From Eledone cirrhosa (taxonomy: Eukaryota), in assembly GCA_964016885.1 (NCBI GenBank), contig OZ024743.1:366172001-366236000 (forward strand): a DNA stretch of 64,000 bases, in the 5' to 3' direction. The notes beneath the pieces are model-generated. The model was not told the origin of the DNA and made no database searches. It saw only the letters and a program-made list of their open reading frames with translations. A program made the position numbers and the translations under genes. Shown here piece by piece: positions 51,416 to 64,000 of this stretch (position 1 is the stretch's first letter; every line of letters starts with the position of its first letter).

Positions 51416-54400
51416 ACCGCCCCCAACCCCCAAACGCAATCCAAAACTTCAGAGTTGGTACCATAAATGTAGGCACCTTAAAGGGTCGCGCTAACGAGGT
51501 TGTAGAAATGGAATCATGGTAGCAGAAAAGTGGCCAGATAAGATAATAGACGTAAATAGAGTGAACGACAGAATAATTAAAATAAGACTTGTCCTCAATA
51601 GAACTACGGTGACAGTAATATCTGCGTACGCACCCCAATCCGGACTGCCCGGCACTATAAAAGACAGATTCTATGAGACACTGATGCTCACTATCACGTT
51701 GGACAACACTGTGACGGCTACGACGAAATCCATGGAGGCTATGGGTTTGGTACTAGAAATGAGGAAGGCTCCAGAATTCTGGAATTCTGTGACGCTAATA
51801 ACCTAACTATCTGTAACACTAACTTCAAAAAACGTGACAATCACCTGATCACCTATAGATCCGGGGAACACACAAGCCAGGTAGATTATATCCTTACCAG
51901 AAGACGTGACAGAGTGTCTGTTGTAAACACTAAATCCCTCCCCCATGAAGAATGCACCTCCCAACATAGACTGATAATTAGCGACCTCATAGTCAGGACG
52001 AGACGTACTTGACAGCAGAAGAGGACTATCCTCAGGAGAAAAATATGGAAGCTAAAGGACCCCACAGCCAGAAATAAATTTCAAAGCATATTACTTGATG
52101 CTTTCGACAGTAAGGAAGAGCATTTAGAGTCGGACAATATAGAGGGACAGTGGGAATTTCTGAAAGCAAACCTGCTGATGGCGACAGACGAAGTCTGTGG
52201 CTGGAGCAGGCCTGTAGGCAGGAGGAGAGTAACATGGTGGTGGAACAGTAGGGTGGAGGGGTCAATAAGGCCAAAAAGCAGGCTTGGAAAGTATGGCGGG
52301 ATGGGGGAAGTAGAGAAGACTATCAAGTGGCCAGGAGGGAGGCTAGGAGACAAGTGTACTTCGCAAGAAGGGAAGCAGAGGAAAGAAAGTTCAAGCATGT
52401 TCTACAACGCGAGGACCAAAAACGTGAGGTGTTCAGGATTGCTAGGCAATGTGTCAAGGAAAACCGTGATATTGTCGGGGAGAAGTGTGTACTTAATGAT
52501 GACGGCGTACTTGCCATCACCGACGCTGATAAGAAGGTAGCTTGGAAGTGCCACTATGAAAGGCTACTAAATGAGGAGAATAAATGGGAGAAAGACAGTC
52601 TCCCCCACATCGACCCAATAGAGGGACCAGCAGTGTTAGTCGAGGGTAGTATAATAAGTAAGGCAATCAAGGATATGAAGACGGGTAAGGCGGCTGGGCC
52701 TTCGGAAATAGTTGCTGAGATGCTGAAGGCATCTGGCTCGGTGGGACACACCTTGGTCACCCGGATGGTTAACCAAGTCGTACAGAATGGGGTTGTTCCG
52801 AAGGACTGGCATAGCAGCATCATCGTTAACTGTTATAAGGGTAAAGGAGATGCCCTAGATAGGAGTAACTATAGAGGCATTAAACTAATCGACCAGGTCA
52901 TGAAGGTCACGGAAAAAGTAATAGCGCAACTAATCAGAGAGAGAATTGACCTAGATGAAATGCAGTTCGGGTTTGTGTCAGGCAAAAGTACCACAGACGC
53001 TCTTTTCATTGTACGTCAACTACAGGAGAAGTACCTAGCTAAAGGTAAACCCCTCTACTTAGCTTTTGTCGACTTGGAGAAAGCCTTCGACAGAGTCCCC
53101 CGTTCCATTATCTGGTGGGCCCTTAGAAAACTAGGTGTCGACGAATGGCTTGTGAGAGCTATACAAGCCATGTATAAAGAAACAGTCAGCAAGGTTAGAA
53201 TTAACAACGAATATAGTGAAGAGTTTAGCGTAAAAGTTGGCGTCCATCAGGGCTCTGTTCTCAGCCCCCTACTATTTATTATTGCCCTTCAGGCTATAAC
53301 AGAGGAGTTCAAGACCGGCTGCCCATGGGAACTCCTATACGCAGACGACCTGACACTCATAGCTGAATCAATGGCCGAGCTAGAGAAGAAATTCCAAACA
53401 TGGAAGCACGGCCTAGAATCAAAAGGCCTTAAAATTAACCTGGCTAAGACTAAAGTTCTAGTGTGTCGGAAAGGCGTAGGTAGAAACTCCATTTTATCTC
53501 CCAAATGCAAAGTATGGGTGCATAAAAGATGTAGTGGGATCACAGGTAAGCTAACTAAGAACTTAGATTTTACATGTGGGCGGTGCTCTGGTGCAATAAG
53601 TAGCAGCGAGTGCCCACAAAATACTAGCTCTTTCAATTGCGCAGAGGGCTCTATAGAAATAGTGGACAGCTTCCGTTACCTGGGTGACAAAATCAGCAGT
53701 GGGGGAGGGTGCTCCGAAAGTACAGTAGCTAGTCAGAACTGGATGGAAAAAGTTCAGAGAGCTTATACCACTATTAGCCGCTAAAGGGTTCTCCCTAAAA
53801 ATGAAAGGCAGGTTGTATGATGCCTGCATACGAACAGCAATGTTGCATGGCAGTGAGACCTGGGCATTGTGCGCAGAGGATATACGCAGACTAGAGAGGA
53901 ACGAAGCTTGCATGCTCAGCTGGATGTGTAATAGTAATATACGTGAACGGCAAAGCATAAACGAACTAAGGAAAAAATTAGAAATAAGAGGGATCAGATG
54001 TTGTTTACTCGAGAGAAGGCTACGTTGGTACGGACACGTGATGCGCATGAAAGTCGATAGCTGTATAACAAAGTGCAGGGCAATAAAGATAGACGGTAGC
54101 CACGGAATAGGCAGACCTAGAAAATCCTGGGACGAGCTGATAAACTCCGACCTCACACACTTACACCTCTCCAAGACAATGTCACTGGACCGAGACCTTT
54201 TGCGGTACTCAGTAATAGAGAAGACCCGCCTTACCTAAATACATAGTAAAACCTACTACAGCCAGTAGGCATCTCTAACAAAATACACCCCCGTCCCACC
54301 ACCCACACCCCCATCCACACCACCCCCTCCTATGTAAAGTTATGTTGGTGCCACAGCATCCAGGCCGAAACAAATGAGATCGTGTAGGTGTCACGACAAA

Positions 54401-54628
54401 AAAACACACAGTCCACGCTGTAATGTGGCCGTGTAGGCAACACGGTAAAAACCTCCCAGACCCACACTGTAAATGTGGTTGGTGTTAGGAAGGGCATCCA
54501 ACTGTAGAAAAACCTGCCAGACTGTCCTATGCGAGCAAGACAATCACTCTTGACTCAAGTGGGAAAACCCCCGTCCAAACTCATGCAAGCGTGGAACACG
54601 GACGTTAAGCGTTGATGATGATGATGAT
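51416..54628 (+). mobile_element. Near-complete RTE-clade LINE (APE, RT, 3' UTR, (GAT)n), with internal deletions and frameshifts
   Basis: APE: [31 protein letters not shown]; RT ORF 52327-53784 with FVDLEKAFDRV, VGVHQGSVLSPLLF and LYADD; C-terminal ORF 53801-54238. Confidence 0.95.
52327..53784 (+). CDS. RTE reverse transcriptase domain (485-aa open segment of a disrupted ORF)
   Basis: All core RT motifs are present; a frameshift near 53735 separates the C-terminus. Confidence 0.85.
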   Translation: MARREARRQVYFARREAEERKFKHVLQREDQKREVFRIARQCVKENRDIVGEKCVLNDDGVLAITDADKKVAWKCHYERLLNEENKWEKDSLPHIDPIEGPAVLVEGSIISKAIKDMKTGKAAGPSEIVAEMLKASGSVGHTLVTRMVNQVVQNGVVPKDWHSSIIVNCYKGKGDALDRSNYRGIKLIDQVMKVTEKVIAQLIRERIDLDEMQFGFVSGKSTTDALFIVRQLQEKYLAKGKPLYLAFVDLEKAFDRVPRSIIWWALRKLGVDEWLVRAIQAMYKETVSKVRINNEYSEEFSVKVGVHQGSVLSPLLFIIALQAITEEFKTGCPWELLYADDLTLIAESMAELEKKFQTWKHGLESKGLKINLAKTKVLVCRKGVGRNSILSPKCKVWVHKRCSGITGKLTKNLDFTCGRCSGAISSSECPQNTSSFNCAEGSIEIVDSFRYLGDKISSGGGCSESTVASQNWMEKVQRAYTTISR

Positions 54629-54822
54629 ATATATACATACATATATATATACATACATATATACATACATATATATATATACATACATATATATATATAC
54701 ATACATATATATATATACATACATATATATATATACATACATATATATATATACATATATATATATATCATACATATATATATATACATGCATATATATA
54801 TACATACATATATATATATACA

Positions 54823-54880
<58 letters not shown>

Positions 54881-55144
54881 ATAACTCAACAACCTATCAC
54901 TTAGAGCTTTCATTTTCTCTTTTCTCTCTCTCTTTCTCCGTAACCCAACAGCATGTTTAAATCTACTCTGAAACTAGTACATGGTTCCTGTGTCAGTGTT
55001 GAACAAAAAGGTGACGTGGTTGCCTTAACACCGTGCGGCATAAATTCAGGCTGTTCAGTTTGTTTACAAACGAAGAAAGCGGGCGCTATAATAAGCATCC
55101 GCTAAACTGATACGTACATATATGTATGTGTACCTGTATGTATA

Positions 55145-55210
<66 letters not shown>

Positions 55211-55298
55211 TGCTACTGTACGTCTGTATACATATATGTATGTACGTATATATATTTATATATATATTTATATATATATTTTTTATATATATATATTT

Positions 55299-55334
<36 letters not shown>

Positions 55335-55926
55335 TTATATATATATATATTTATATATATATATATTTATATTTATATATATATTTATATATATATTCAT
55401 ATATGTATTCATAAAGTGTGTATGTGTGTATTTTTTTATATATATATGTATGTCTTACGTGTGTATATATTCTTTTGTATGTATATATTTTATATATATG
55501 CATGTCCTGTGTATATATATATTTTATATATATGTATATATATATATATATATATGTGTATACTTGTGCGTACATGCATGCATGCATATGTATATATACA
55601 CACCTGTGTAGATGTGTGAGCGTTTGAGGGGGTAGGAGTGAGTGTATGTATAAGTGAACCCTTTATTTCTAAATTTTCTAAACTATCTAAGTATTGGACT
55701 CTAACCATTATATTAAGTATTACCACCCCACTTTTTGTATGTGTGGAAGTGTGTGTGTCTGTGGAGGTGTGTGTGAGTGTAGTGCAATCCAACCTCCATA
55801 AGCCTTTTTATTTGTAAATTTATTTTCTACTCCAACCATAAATTTCAGTAGCACCACTCCACATAAATTCCTCAATTTAAGAATGACCTGTAGTATCTAT
55901 TTCATACTATTATCCTTATATCCTAC

Positions 55927-56112
55927 AGTGGATTGGCAGTATCGGTAGAGGGTCGGACGCCATGCTTTGACGCATAGAGTTACGACCCTTGCCATTCTGA
56001 GTTCAAATCCCGCCGAGGTTAACTTTGCCTTTCATCCTTATGGGGTCGATAAAATAAAGTACCAGTAATACACTGGGTAATTGCTGGCCTTGTGCCAAAA
56101 GTAGAAACAATT
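55927..56112 (+). mobile_element. SINE family B, full-length copy
   Basis: Near-consensus copy; flanked by the repeated TTATCCTTAT. Confidence 0.88.
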
Positions 56113-56139
56113 ATCCTTATTTAGAAATATATCTGACCA

Positions 56140-56450
56140 AGAATGCCTTTTGTGAAAATCAGTCATGTGGAACTATTGTCATCTTGCCAGATGGTTTGAA
56201 CCTTACAGACCACCTGCCTCTTTGAGGTCAAATACCAACCTACTACCATCTACAAACTGACCAATGAGAATCAAGACTATTCCTGCTGACAACATCAAAA
56301 TATTCCTAACAAGCTCATATGTCCCAAGGCTCTGATACCATCAACGCTATACACACAGAGCTGGCATATCTAAGAACTGACTAACTACCTGATGAGGTCA
56401 TAGCCATTCAATGACTATCATAGAAATATATATAGCAGTAAATAAAGGAT
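56140..56450 (+). mobile_element. Possible Penelope 3' end (endonuclease tail, degenerate hammerhead, AATAAA)
   Basis: AFCENQ..GTIVILPDGLN resembles the PLE GIY-YIG C-terminal PxGLN motif; CTGATGA 56389-95 ... GAAAT-ATAT-ATA, then AATAAAG. Confidence 0.4.
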
Positions 56451-56903
56451 TATGAGTTCATGCAATTGACTTATGTTTCGTCACTATATATTCATATATA
56501 TACTCTCTTACTCTTTTACCTGTTTCAGCCATCCGGCTGAGGCCATGCTGGGGCACCGCCCTATATATATATATTCATATATATATATATTCATATATAT
56601 ATATATATTCATATATATATATATATATTCATATATATATATATATATTCATATATATATATATTCATATATATATATATTCATATATATATATATATAT
56701 TCATATATATTTATATATATATTCATATATATTTATATATATATTCATATATATTTATATATATATTCATATATATTCATATATCATCATCATCATCGTT
56801 TAACATCCATCTTCCACGCTTGCATGGGTTTGGACGGGAATTTTCCCACTTGAGGCAAGATGGTTGTCTTGCTCATATAGGACTGTCTGGCGGGTTATAT
56901 ATA

Positions 56904-57787
56904 TCATCATCATCATCATCATCATTTTACGTCCGCTTTTCCCTGCTTGCAAGGGTGGGACGGGTCTTATTCAGCACAGCATCTCTCCACTCGTCACGGT
57001 CCCTCGTCATCTCCACCGTGAGCTTCAATGATCTGAGGTGTGTTCTCACCACCTCCGCCCATGTTTTTCGTGGTCTACCTCTACCACGTCTTCCTTCAAC
57101 TGGCATTTCCTGGCACTTCTTCACCCATCGGTCATCCTCCATGCGCATCACATGTCCATACCACCTCAGTCTCCTCTCCCGTACACTACATTCTATCCCT
57201 CTCAGACACAGTTTCTCTCTCAACACATTTATGATGGGTCGTTCACGCACATTTACACTGCACATCCAACGGAGCATGCTTGCCTCATTTCTCTCCAGCC
57301 GTCGCATATCCTCTGCGGTTGCTGCCCATGTCTCACTACCATGCAGCATCGCGCTCCTCACACAGGCATCATACAACCGGCCTTTCGTACGCAGGGAGAA
57401 ACCCTTCTTCGTCAACAGAGGAAGCAGCTCCCTAAACTTCTTCCAACCCGTCCTTATTCTAGATACTGTGGCCTCAGAACACCCTCCTCCCATGCTAATC
57501 TGATCTCCTAGGTACCAGAAGCTATCCACCACTTCTATAGCGCCCTCTCGCATTTGAAAAATGTGTCTATCTGTGCGACTTCTACTGTCTAATTTCCCTG
57601 TACATCTACTGCATACATATTTCTCCCTACCTGTTAGTTTGCCTGCTATCCCGCTACATCTCTTGTGTACCCAGGACCTGCATTGTGTGCATTTTATAGA
57701 ATTTATGCCAGTTCCTTTTCTGCATATCGAACATGGCCATTTCCCTGACGGAATCAGGGTTTTGTCCTCTTTTCTACTCATCAACAC
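56904..57787 (-). pseudogene. RTE LINE RT C-terminal fragment including a PHD-type finger
   Basis: 286-aa open frame: [29 protein letters not shown]...YVCSRC...FWYLGD...RGRPRKTW. Confidence 0.92.
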
Positions 57788-57864
57788 ATATGTGAATATA
57801 TATATATATATATATGTGAATATATATATATATATATATATGTGAATATATATATATATATATG

Positions 57865-57938
<74 letters not shown>

Positions 57939-58008
57939 AATATATATATATATATATGTGAATATATATATATATATATATATATGTGAATATATATATA
58001 TATATATT

Positions 58009-58093
<85 letters not shown>

Positions 58094-58124
58094 TCACATA
58101 TATATATATATATATATATATATG

Positions 58125-58206
<82 letters not shown>

Positions 58207-58207
58207 A

Positions 58208-58240
<33 letters not shown>

Positions 58241-58334
58241 AATATATATATATATATATATATATGTGAATATATATATATATATGTGAATATATATATA
58301 TATATGTGTATATATATATATATATGTGAATATA

Positions 58335-58889
58335 TCATCAGCATCATCATCACCGTTTTACGTCCGTTCTTCCACGCGAGCATGGGTTAGACGGGTTGTC
58401 CTGTTGTGGGCAGTGTCTGGTCGGCTGACCATGCTTTGCTCATACAGGAACTGGTTTGGCTTGATTTCTACAGCTGGATGCCCTTCCTAACACCAACCTC
58501 ATTTACAGTGAGTGCTGGGTGCTTTTTCGTGGCGTCTACACGTCCACTTTATAGTGTGGGTTGGGTGCTTTTTTGCCGTGGCATATTGTCTATATGCTTC
58601 AGCTTGTACCCATGGGAGGTCGGGTACTCTGTATTACTGCGTGACGCCAGAAGTCACGGTCGTGTGTCATTGCCTTTGAGAGGTGTAATTGGGTAAGGTC
58701 GGCTTTTATCACCTCATCCCAGGTCATCTTGGGTCTCCCCACTCCGCGGTTTCCATCAACTTCTAGTGCTCTGCACCTTTTTATGCAGCTGTCATCCTTC
58801 ATACGCATCACATGTCCATACCAGCACAACCGCCTCTCCTGCACACAGCATTTGATTCCTCTTATGCTCAGTTTCTCTCTCAATTCATT
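58335..58889 (-). pseudogene. RTE LINE 3' fragment (ORF end and 3' UTR)
   Basis: [26 protein letters not shown]...GRPKMTW; near-identical to the reverse complement of ~62291-62885. Confidence 0.9.
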
Positions 58890-58955
58890 TATATATATAT
58901 ATATATGTGAATATATATATATATGTGTGGATATATGTGAATATATATATATATG

Positions 58956-58989
<34 letters not shown>

Positions 58990-59081
58990 AATATATATAT
59001 ATGTGTGGATATATGTGAATATATATATATATGTGTGGATATATGTGAATATATATATATATATGTGAATATATATATGTG

Positions 59082-59117
<36 letters not shown>

Positions 59118-59164
59118 AATATATATATGTGTGAATATATATATATATATTCACATATATCCAC

Positions 59165-59569
59165 AGAGATGACCCCTTAGCCTTTGTCAAGGCAGAATTC
59201 TAGGAGAAGGAAAACTCTGATATAACACCTGCAACCCTGATGGTATCCAATGATGTTGACTTGTTCTTCTTTTTGGTAAATATCATCTTGGTTAAGAGAG
59301 TGGGAGTGACTTTGTGCAGTGCCTTTGCTCACTATAAAAACTTCACGGCACAGGCATTGCTTTATATCTGGAGATCTCTCTGCACTTGTCGTCACATGGT
59401 ACCATGGGCCCAACACTATGTGTCAATAATTGTCACAAGTGTAGTGTTTGTACCAGAGTTTTCAAGTCGCTGGCTGGACTAAAAAGTCACACTCGTTCAG
59501 CGCATCGGTAGGGGTTCTCCTACATGGATATAAAGTAGTGGCCGTACTCGAAAACAAGTTGGCAGCACC

Positions 59570-59570
<1 letters not shown>
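59165..59570 (+). mobile_element. Short RTE-BovB-like derivative: 5'-UTR motif joined to an ORF end with a C2H2 finger
   Basis: CTAGGAGAAGGAAAACTCTGA motif, then [24 protein letters not shown] at ~59437-59511. Confidence 0.55.
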
Positions 59571-59600
<30 letters not shown>

Positions 59601-60361
59601 AATATATATATATATATATGTGAATATATATATATATATATGTGAATATATATATATATGTGAATATATATATATATGTGAATATATATATATATGTGAA
59701 TATATATATGTGAATATATATATATATATATGTGAATATATATATATATATGTATGTGAATATATATATATATGTGAATATATATATATATATGTGAATA
59801 TATATATGTGAATATATATATATATATGTGAATATATATATATATATGTGAATATATATATATGTGAATATATATATATATATGTGAATATATATATATG
59901 TGAATATATATATATATATATATGTGAATATATATATATATATATATGTGAATATATATATATATATATATATGTGAATATATATATATATATATATATA
60001 TGTGAATATATATATATATATATATATGTGTATATATATATATATATATGTGAATATATATATATATATATATGTGAATATATATATATATATATATGTG
60101 AATATATATATATATATATATGTGAATATATATATATATATATGTGTGTGAATATATATATATATGTGTGAATATATATATATATATGTATAAATATGAG
60201 TATATATATATGTATACATATGAGTATATATATATGTATACATATAAGTATATATGTATAAATATGAGTATATATGTATACATATGAGTATATATGTATA
60301 CATATGAGTATATATGTATACATATGAGTATATATGTTTACATATGAGTATATATGTATAC

Positions 60362-60396
<35 letters not shown>

Positions 60397-62015
60397 ATCA
60401 TACACTGCAAAGTGGTTGTGGAGGTGCCACGGCGAAAAAGCACCTAGCCCACACTGTAAAGTGGACGTGTAGGCGCCACGGAAAAAAAAGCACCCAGCAC
60501 TCACTGTAAATGAGTTTGGTGTTAGGAAGGGCATCCAGCTGTAGAAATCAAGCCAGAATCAGTTCCCGTCCCACCCTTGCAAGCAGGGAAAAGTGGACGT
60601 AAAATGATGATGATGATATATATATATATACATACATACACCCACTCAAACATTCAGATTTTAAACCATGCTTCATTGCATATACATTTACTGTACGCAA
60701 AAGTGCATAACCTTAACCTGCACCACACATGCATTCTCACACTCCCTCTTCCTCTCTATCTCTCTCTGTCCACTGACATGCACACACGTATTTCTTTAGA
60801 GATTGTGATATGTGAAGCACAAACCAGATAAAGAACTAAGACAATGTAGTTTATTCCCTAAACAAAAGCTCTTGTGGCTTTTGTTGTTGTTTTTCCCCAG
60901 ATCAGCTCTGTGAGAACAGACTTAGGATGAAAGGCATTCCAGTTATAACAGTCTTACTTATATTTATGATTAAATATCTCTAACTACATTATATCTAATG
61001 TGTAGACACAAACATAACTGAGTAGTTAAGAAGTTTGCTTTGCAATTTTGAGGTCTTGAGCTTTTGATTGATCTAAACCTTGTGAGTTAAATTGGGTAGC
61101 TGATAACTGTGTGGAAGCCCACCAGATGGTCTAGTTTTTAAATGACTTCATCATCATCATCATCATTATCATAAATTCAAAACCTTATTATGATGATGTG
61201 TATCATGCATACATAAAGTGGAGCTGAAATTTACATCCACACCTATGCAGGTTTATCTGGCTTCCTACGAGATTGTATTTTATAGGAGGTTTCTTAGATA
61301 TTTAGTGGCCCCAGTCCTATATAATGAAAAATATTGCTCATGAATAATGTGTCACACCCTACACACCTTCACTACATGCATACATGGGCAAGAACTGAAT
61401 AAATAGTAAAGATGAAAATGGTCACCAGAACCCAGAAACTGCTTGCTGTGACTAGGAATTTCAATATCAATAGAGATGTAGATATTATATTTCCAACACA
61501 AAGAGGGAAGCTGTGGTTTAAAAATTGTATTATCATAATATGCCTCACTCTCCCCTCACATTGTAATACTTTGCCATTAAGTGGGTAGCCAGTTAAAATA
61601 AACTTCTCAGACTCCAATCAGGAAGAGAAAACTAGTGTGTGTAGATATCAGTTGTCCAAACACACACACACGCACACACATACATACGTTTATATATGGA
61701 TGTATGTATACAGACATAGACATATATTCACATGCAAAAATATACACACACACACGCATGAAAGAAAGACCAGGCTAAGAAAACAATGATAAAAGATTGT
61801 AGTACTTAGTAGTTGAGATATGTAAGTCAACTGACCTGATCCATGCCTTCACTTGCCCCTCCCTCCCAATGTCCATTACTCTCACCAAACCTTTGTTCTT
61901 TCTATTGTATTTGCCTTTATTTTTCTGACCAGACTATATGGAGTCTCCACATGACTTGCACATTTTTATAACACCAATTTTTCCTAGCTAGTCGCATTAA
62001 CAAATATTAAAACAC

Positions 62016-62888
62016 ATGCACATTAGCAACGGAGGTGGGTGCTCAGAAAGTACAATAACTAGGGTAAGAACGGGATGGAAGAAGTTTAGGGAACTACTAC
62101 CACTGCTAGCTGCAAAAGGCTTCTCCCTCAGAATGAAAGGCAGACTGTATGATGCGTGTATCCGAACAGCGATGTTGCATGGTAGTGAGACCTGGGCGCT
62201 GAAGGTGGAAGACTTACGTAGATTAGAGAGAAACGAAGCCTGCATGCTCCGATGGATGTGTAACAGTAATATACGTGAACGACAAAGCATAAATGAATTG
62301 AGAGAGAGACTGAGCATAAGAGGAATCAAATGCTGCGTGCAGGAGAGGCGGTTACGCTGGTATGGACATGTGATGCGTATGAAGGATGACAGCTGCATAA
62401 AAAGGTGCAGAGCACTAGAAGTTGATGGAAACCGCGGAGTGGGGAGACCCAAGATGACTTGGGATGAGGTGATAAAAGCCGACCTTACCCAACTACACCT
62501 CTCAAAGTCAATGACACACGACCGTGACTTCTGGCGTCACGCAGTAATACAGGGTACCCGACCTCCCATGGGTACATGCTGAAGCATATAAACAATATGC
62601 CCCCCCCCCCACCGCAAGGTGGTCGTGGAGGTGCCACGGCAAAAAAGCACCCAGCCCACACTGTAAAGTGGACGTGTAGGCGCCACGAAAAAGCACCCAG
62701 CACTCACTGTAAATGAGGTTGGTGTTAGGAAGGGCATCCAGCTGTAGAAATCAAGCCAGATCAGTTCCTGTATGAGCAAGGCATGGTCAGCCGACCAGAC
62801 ACTGCCCACAACAGGACAACCCGTCTAACCCATGCTAGCGTGGAAGAACGGACGTAAAACGGTGATGATGATGATGATGATGATGATG
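62016..62888 (+). pseudogene. RTE LINE 3' fragment (RT C-terminus, 3' UTR, (GAT)n)
   Basis: 188-aa frame [27 protein letters not shown]...; the 3' UTR is shared with SINE A tails. Confidence 0.92.
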
Positions 62889-64000
62889 CACACTCATGTA
62901 TTCACACACCCACATTATACATACACATTAATTAAATGGCTGTCTGCTATATGTGGCCATGAGAGCCAGTGTTGGTATTGACTAAAATTTGTGTCCTTGA
63001 GCAAGACACATAATCTTTGCTTACTACAGTTTGTCTGACCTGAAAAAAAAAAGAAGAAGAAAACTATCCATTCATAGAGTTAAGTGGTGTGAGAGGTCAG
63101 TAGCTGGAAACACATTCATATGTAAAAGCAAATTGGTTGCTCCATGCTAGCCAAATGGGAAACCACTAAAAATAGCAGCTAAATCTTGTTTAAATAGCAT
63201 CTTGCTGTTTTAAAGGAAGAACATATAGTATATTTGTCTGAAAATAACATGAGATGGACAGGGCTGGAAAATATTTGATATGGGTTTGCTTTATCTGGGT
63301 CAATCTGTGGCTAAACAACAACAACAACAATTGCTCCCTTCCCTGCATTGCTAGTTTTAAAGCCTCTCCTTTTTCTTTTTCTTTCTTTGGTTTTTAGTCA
63401 GGTAGAGAAGAGCAGTGCATGTGAATCCTTTTACAGGGTGTTTGAAACTATTGGGAGGAAGGAAGGTATCTTCAAACTGGAGACCTGGTCTCAATGGTTA
63501 CCACAGAGTAAATTCTAGTAAAGACACTCAAAGTTGAGATTGAATTTAGATTTAAACTCAGAATGCAAAGGGCTGAAACAAATTCCACAAGACATCTCAT
63601 TCATCACTCTAACAATTCTGCTAATTCACTGCCTGAGACTGGTATTTTATTTTATCAACCCTGGAAGGTTTAAAGGCAAAGATAATCTTGATAGGATGTA
63701 TTTCATATTTATTTTGATCTCTCATACAAATCTTAAACATCATACCTATGTAATTTACTATTGTGAGCCAGTGTGGAGAACTGTTATAAGACCTTCTTAG
63801 AATTGCATTCACATTTGAGCTCCGTTATAGAAAATATAAATTGACTCTATTTACTTAACTGGTACTTTTTATCAACACCGGAAATATGAAAAGCAAAGCT
63901 GCTTTTGGTGGGATTTGAACACAAAACCTTACAGGCCATAATTAAATAACACAGGTGTGACATTCTAACGGTTCTGTCAAGTCATCTGTCCTACCAAATC

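Larger units (their letters stand above)
57788..60396. repeat. (TA)n-GTGAA minisatellite blocks interleaved with retroelement fragments; ~20-bp ATATGAGTATATATGTATAC units at ~60195-60362
   Basis: Direct reading of blocks at 57788-58334, 58890-59160 and 59570-60396. Confidence 0.9.

Noticed and set aside
57788-60360. CRISPR-like repeat-spacer array
   Set aside because: The intervals between GTGAA units are only variable-length (TA)n, with no unique spacers or cas genes, and the context is eukaryotic.
59462-60534. Long ORFs of 270-345 aa (also at 18.2-18.6, 25.1-25.5, 46.6-47.0, 49, 55 and 58 kb)
   Set aside because: Translations of TA/TG/CA microsatellites (YI/CV/HT repeats); not genes.
62620-62760. 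GGTTGG..AGGAAGGGCATCCAGC motif as part of a twister ribozyme
   Set aside because: The twister core (UAA..CUGCC..GUCCCAAGC..GGAGGG pattern) could not be found upstream; treated as RTE 3' UTR.

Overview
AT-rich, microsatellite-dense animal genomic DNA. The SINE/LINE repertoire looks like an octopod cephalopod (inference, not verified). No host protein-coding gene could be identified with confidence, and most short ORFs in the track are translations of (TA)n/(TG)n/(CT)n tracts. The window is mostly repeats: tRNA-derived SINEs of two main families, RTE-clade LINE fragments (some with a PHD-type finger inside the RT), a 5'-truncated Tx1/L1-type LINE, a decayed CR1-type LINE, Helitron pieces, a Penelope GIY-YIG fragment, a small non-coding LTR element and several MITEs. 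The most notable signal is a dispersed set of short fold-back cassettes in (TA)n tracts. Several carry type I hammerhead-ribozyme motifs: one with all core nucleotides intact at 47073-47122, and degenerate ones near 13.8, 15.5, 24.9, 33.7 and 56.4 kb. These are consistent with Penelope pLTR-derived or retrozyme-like RNAs. Strong splice signals at 22294 and 26774-26835, together with an apparent drop in CpG content, suggest that the right ~40 kb is intronic sequence of a + strand host gene.
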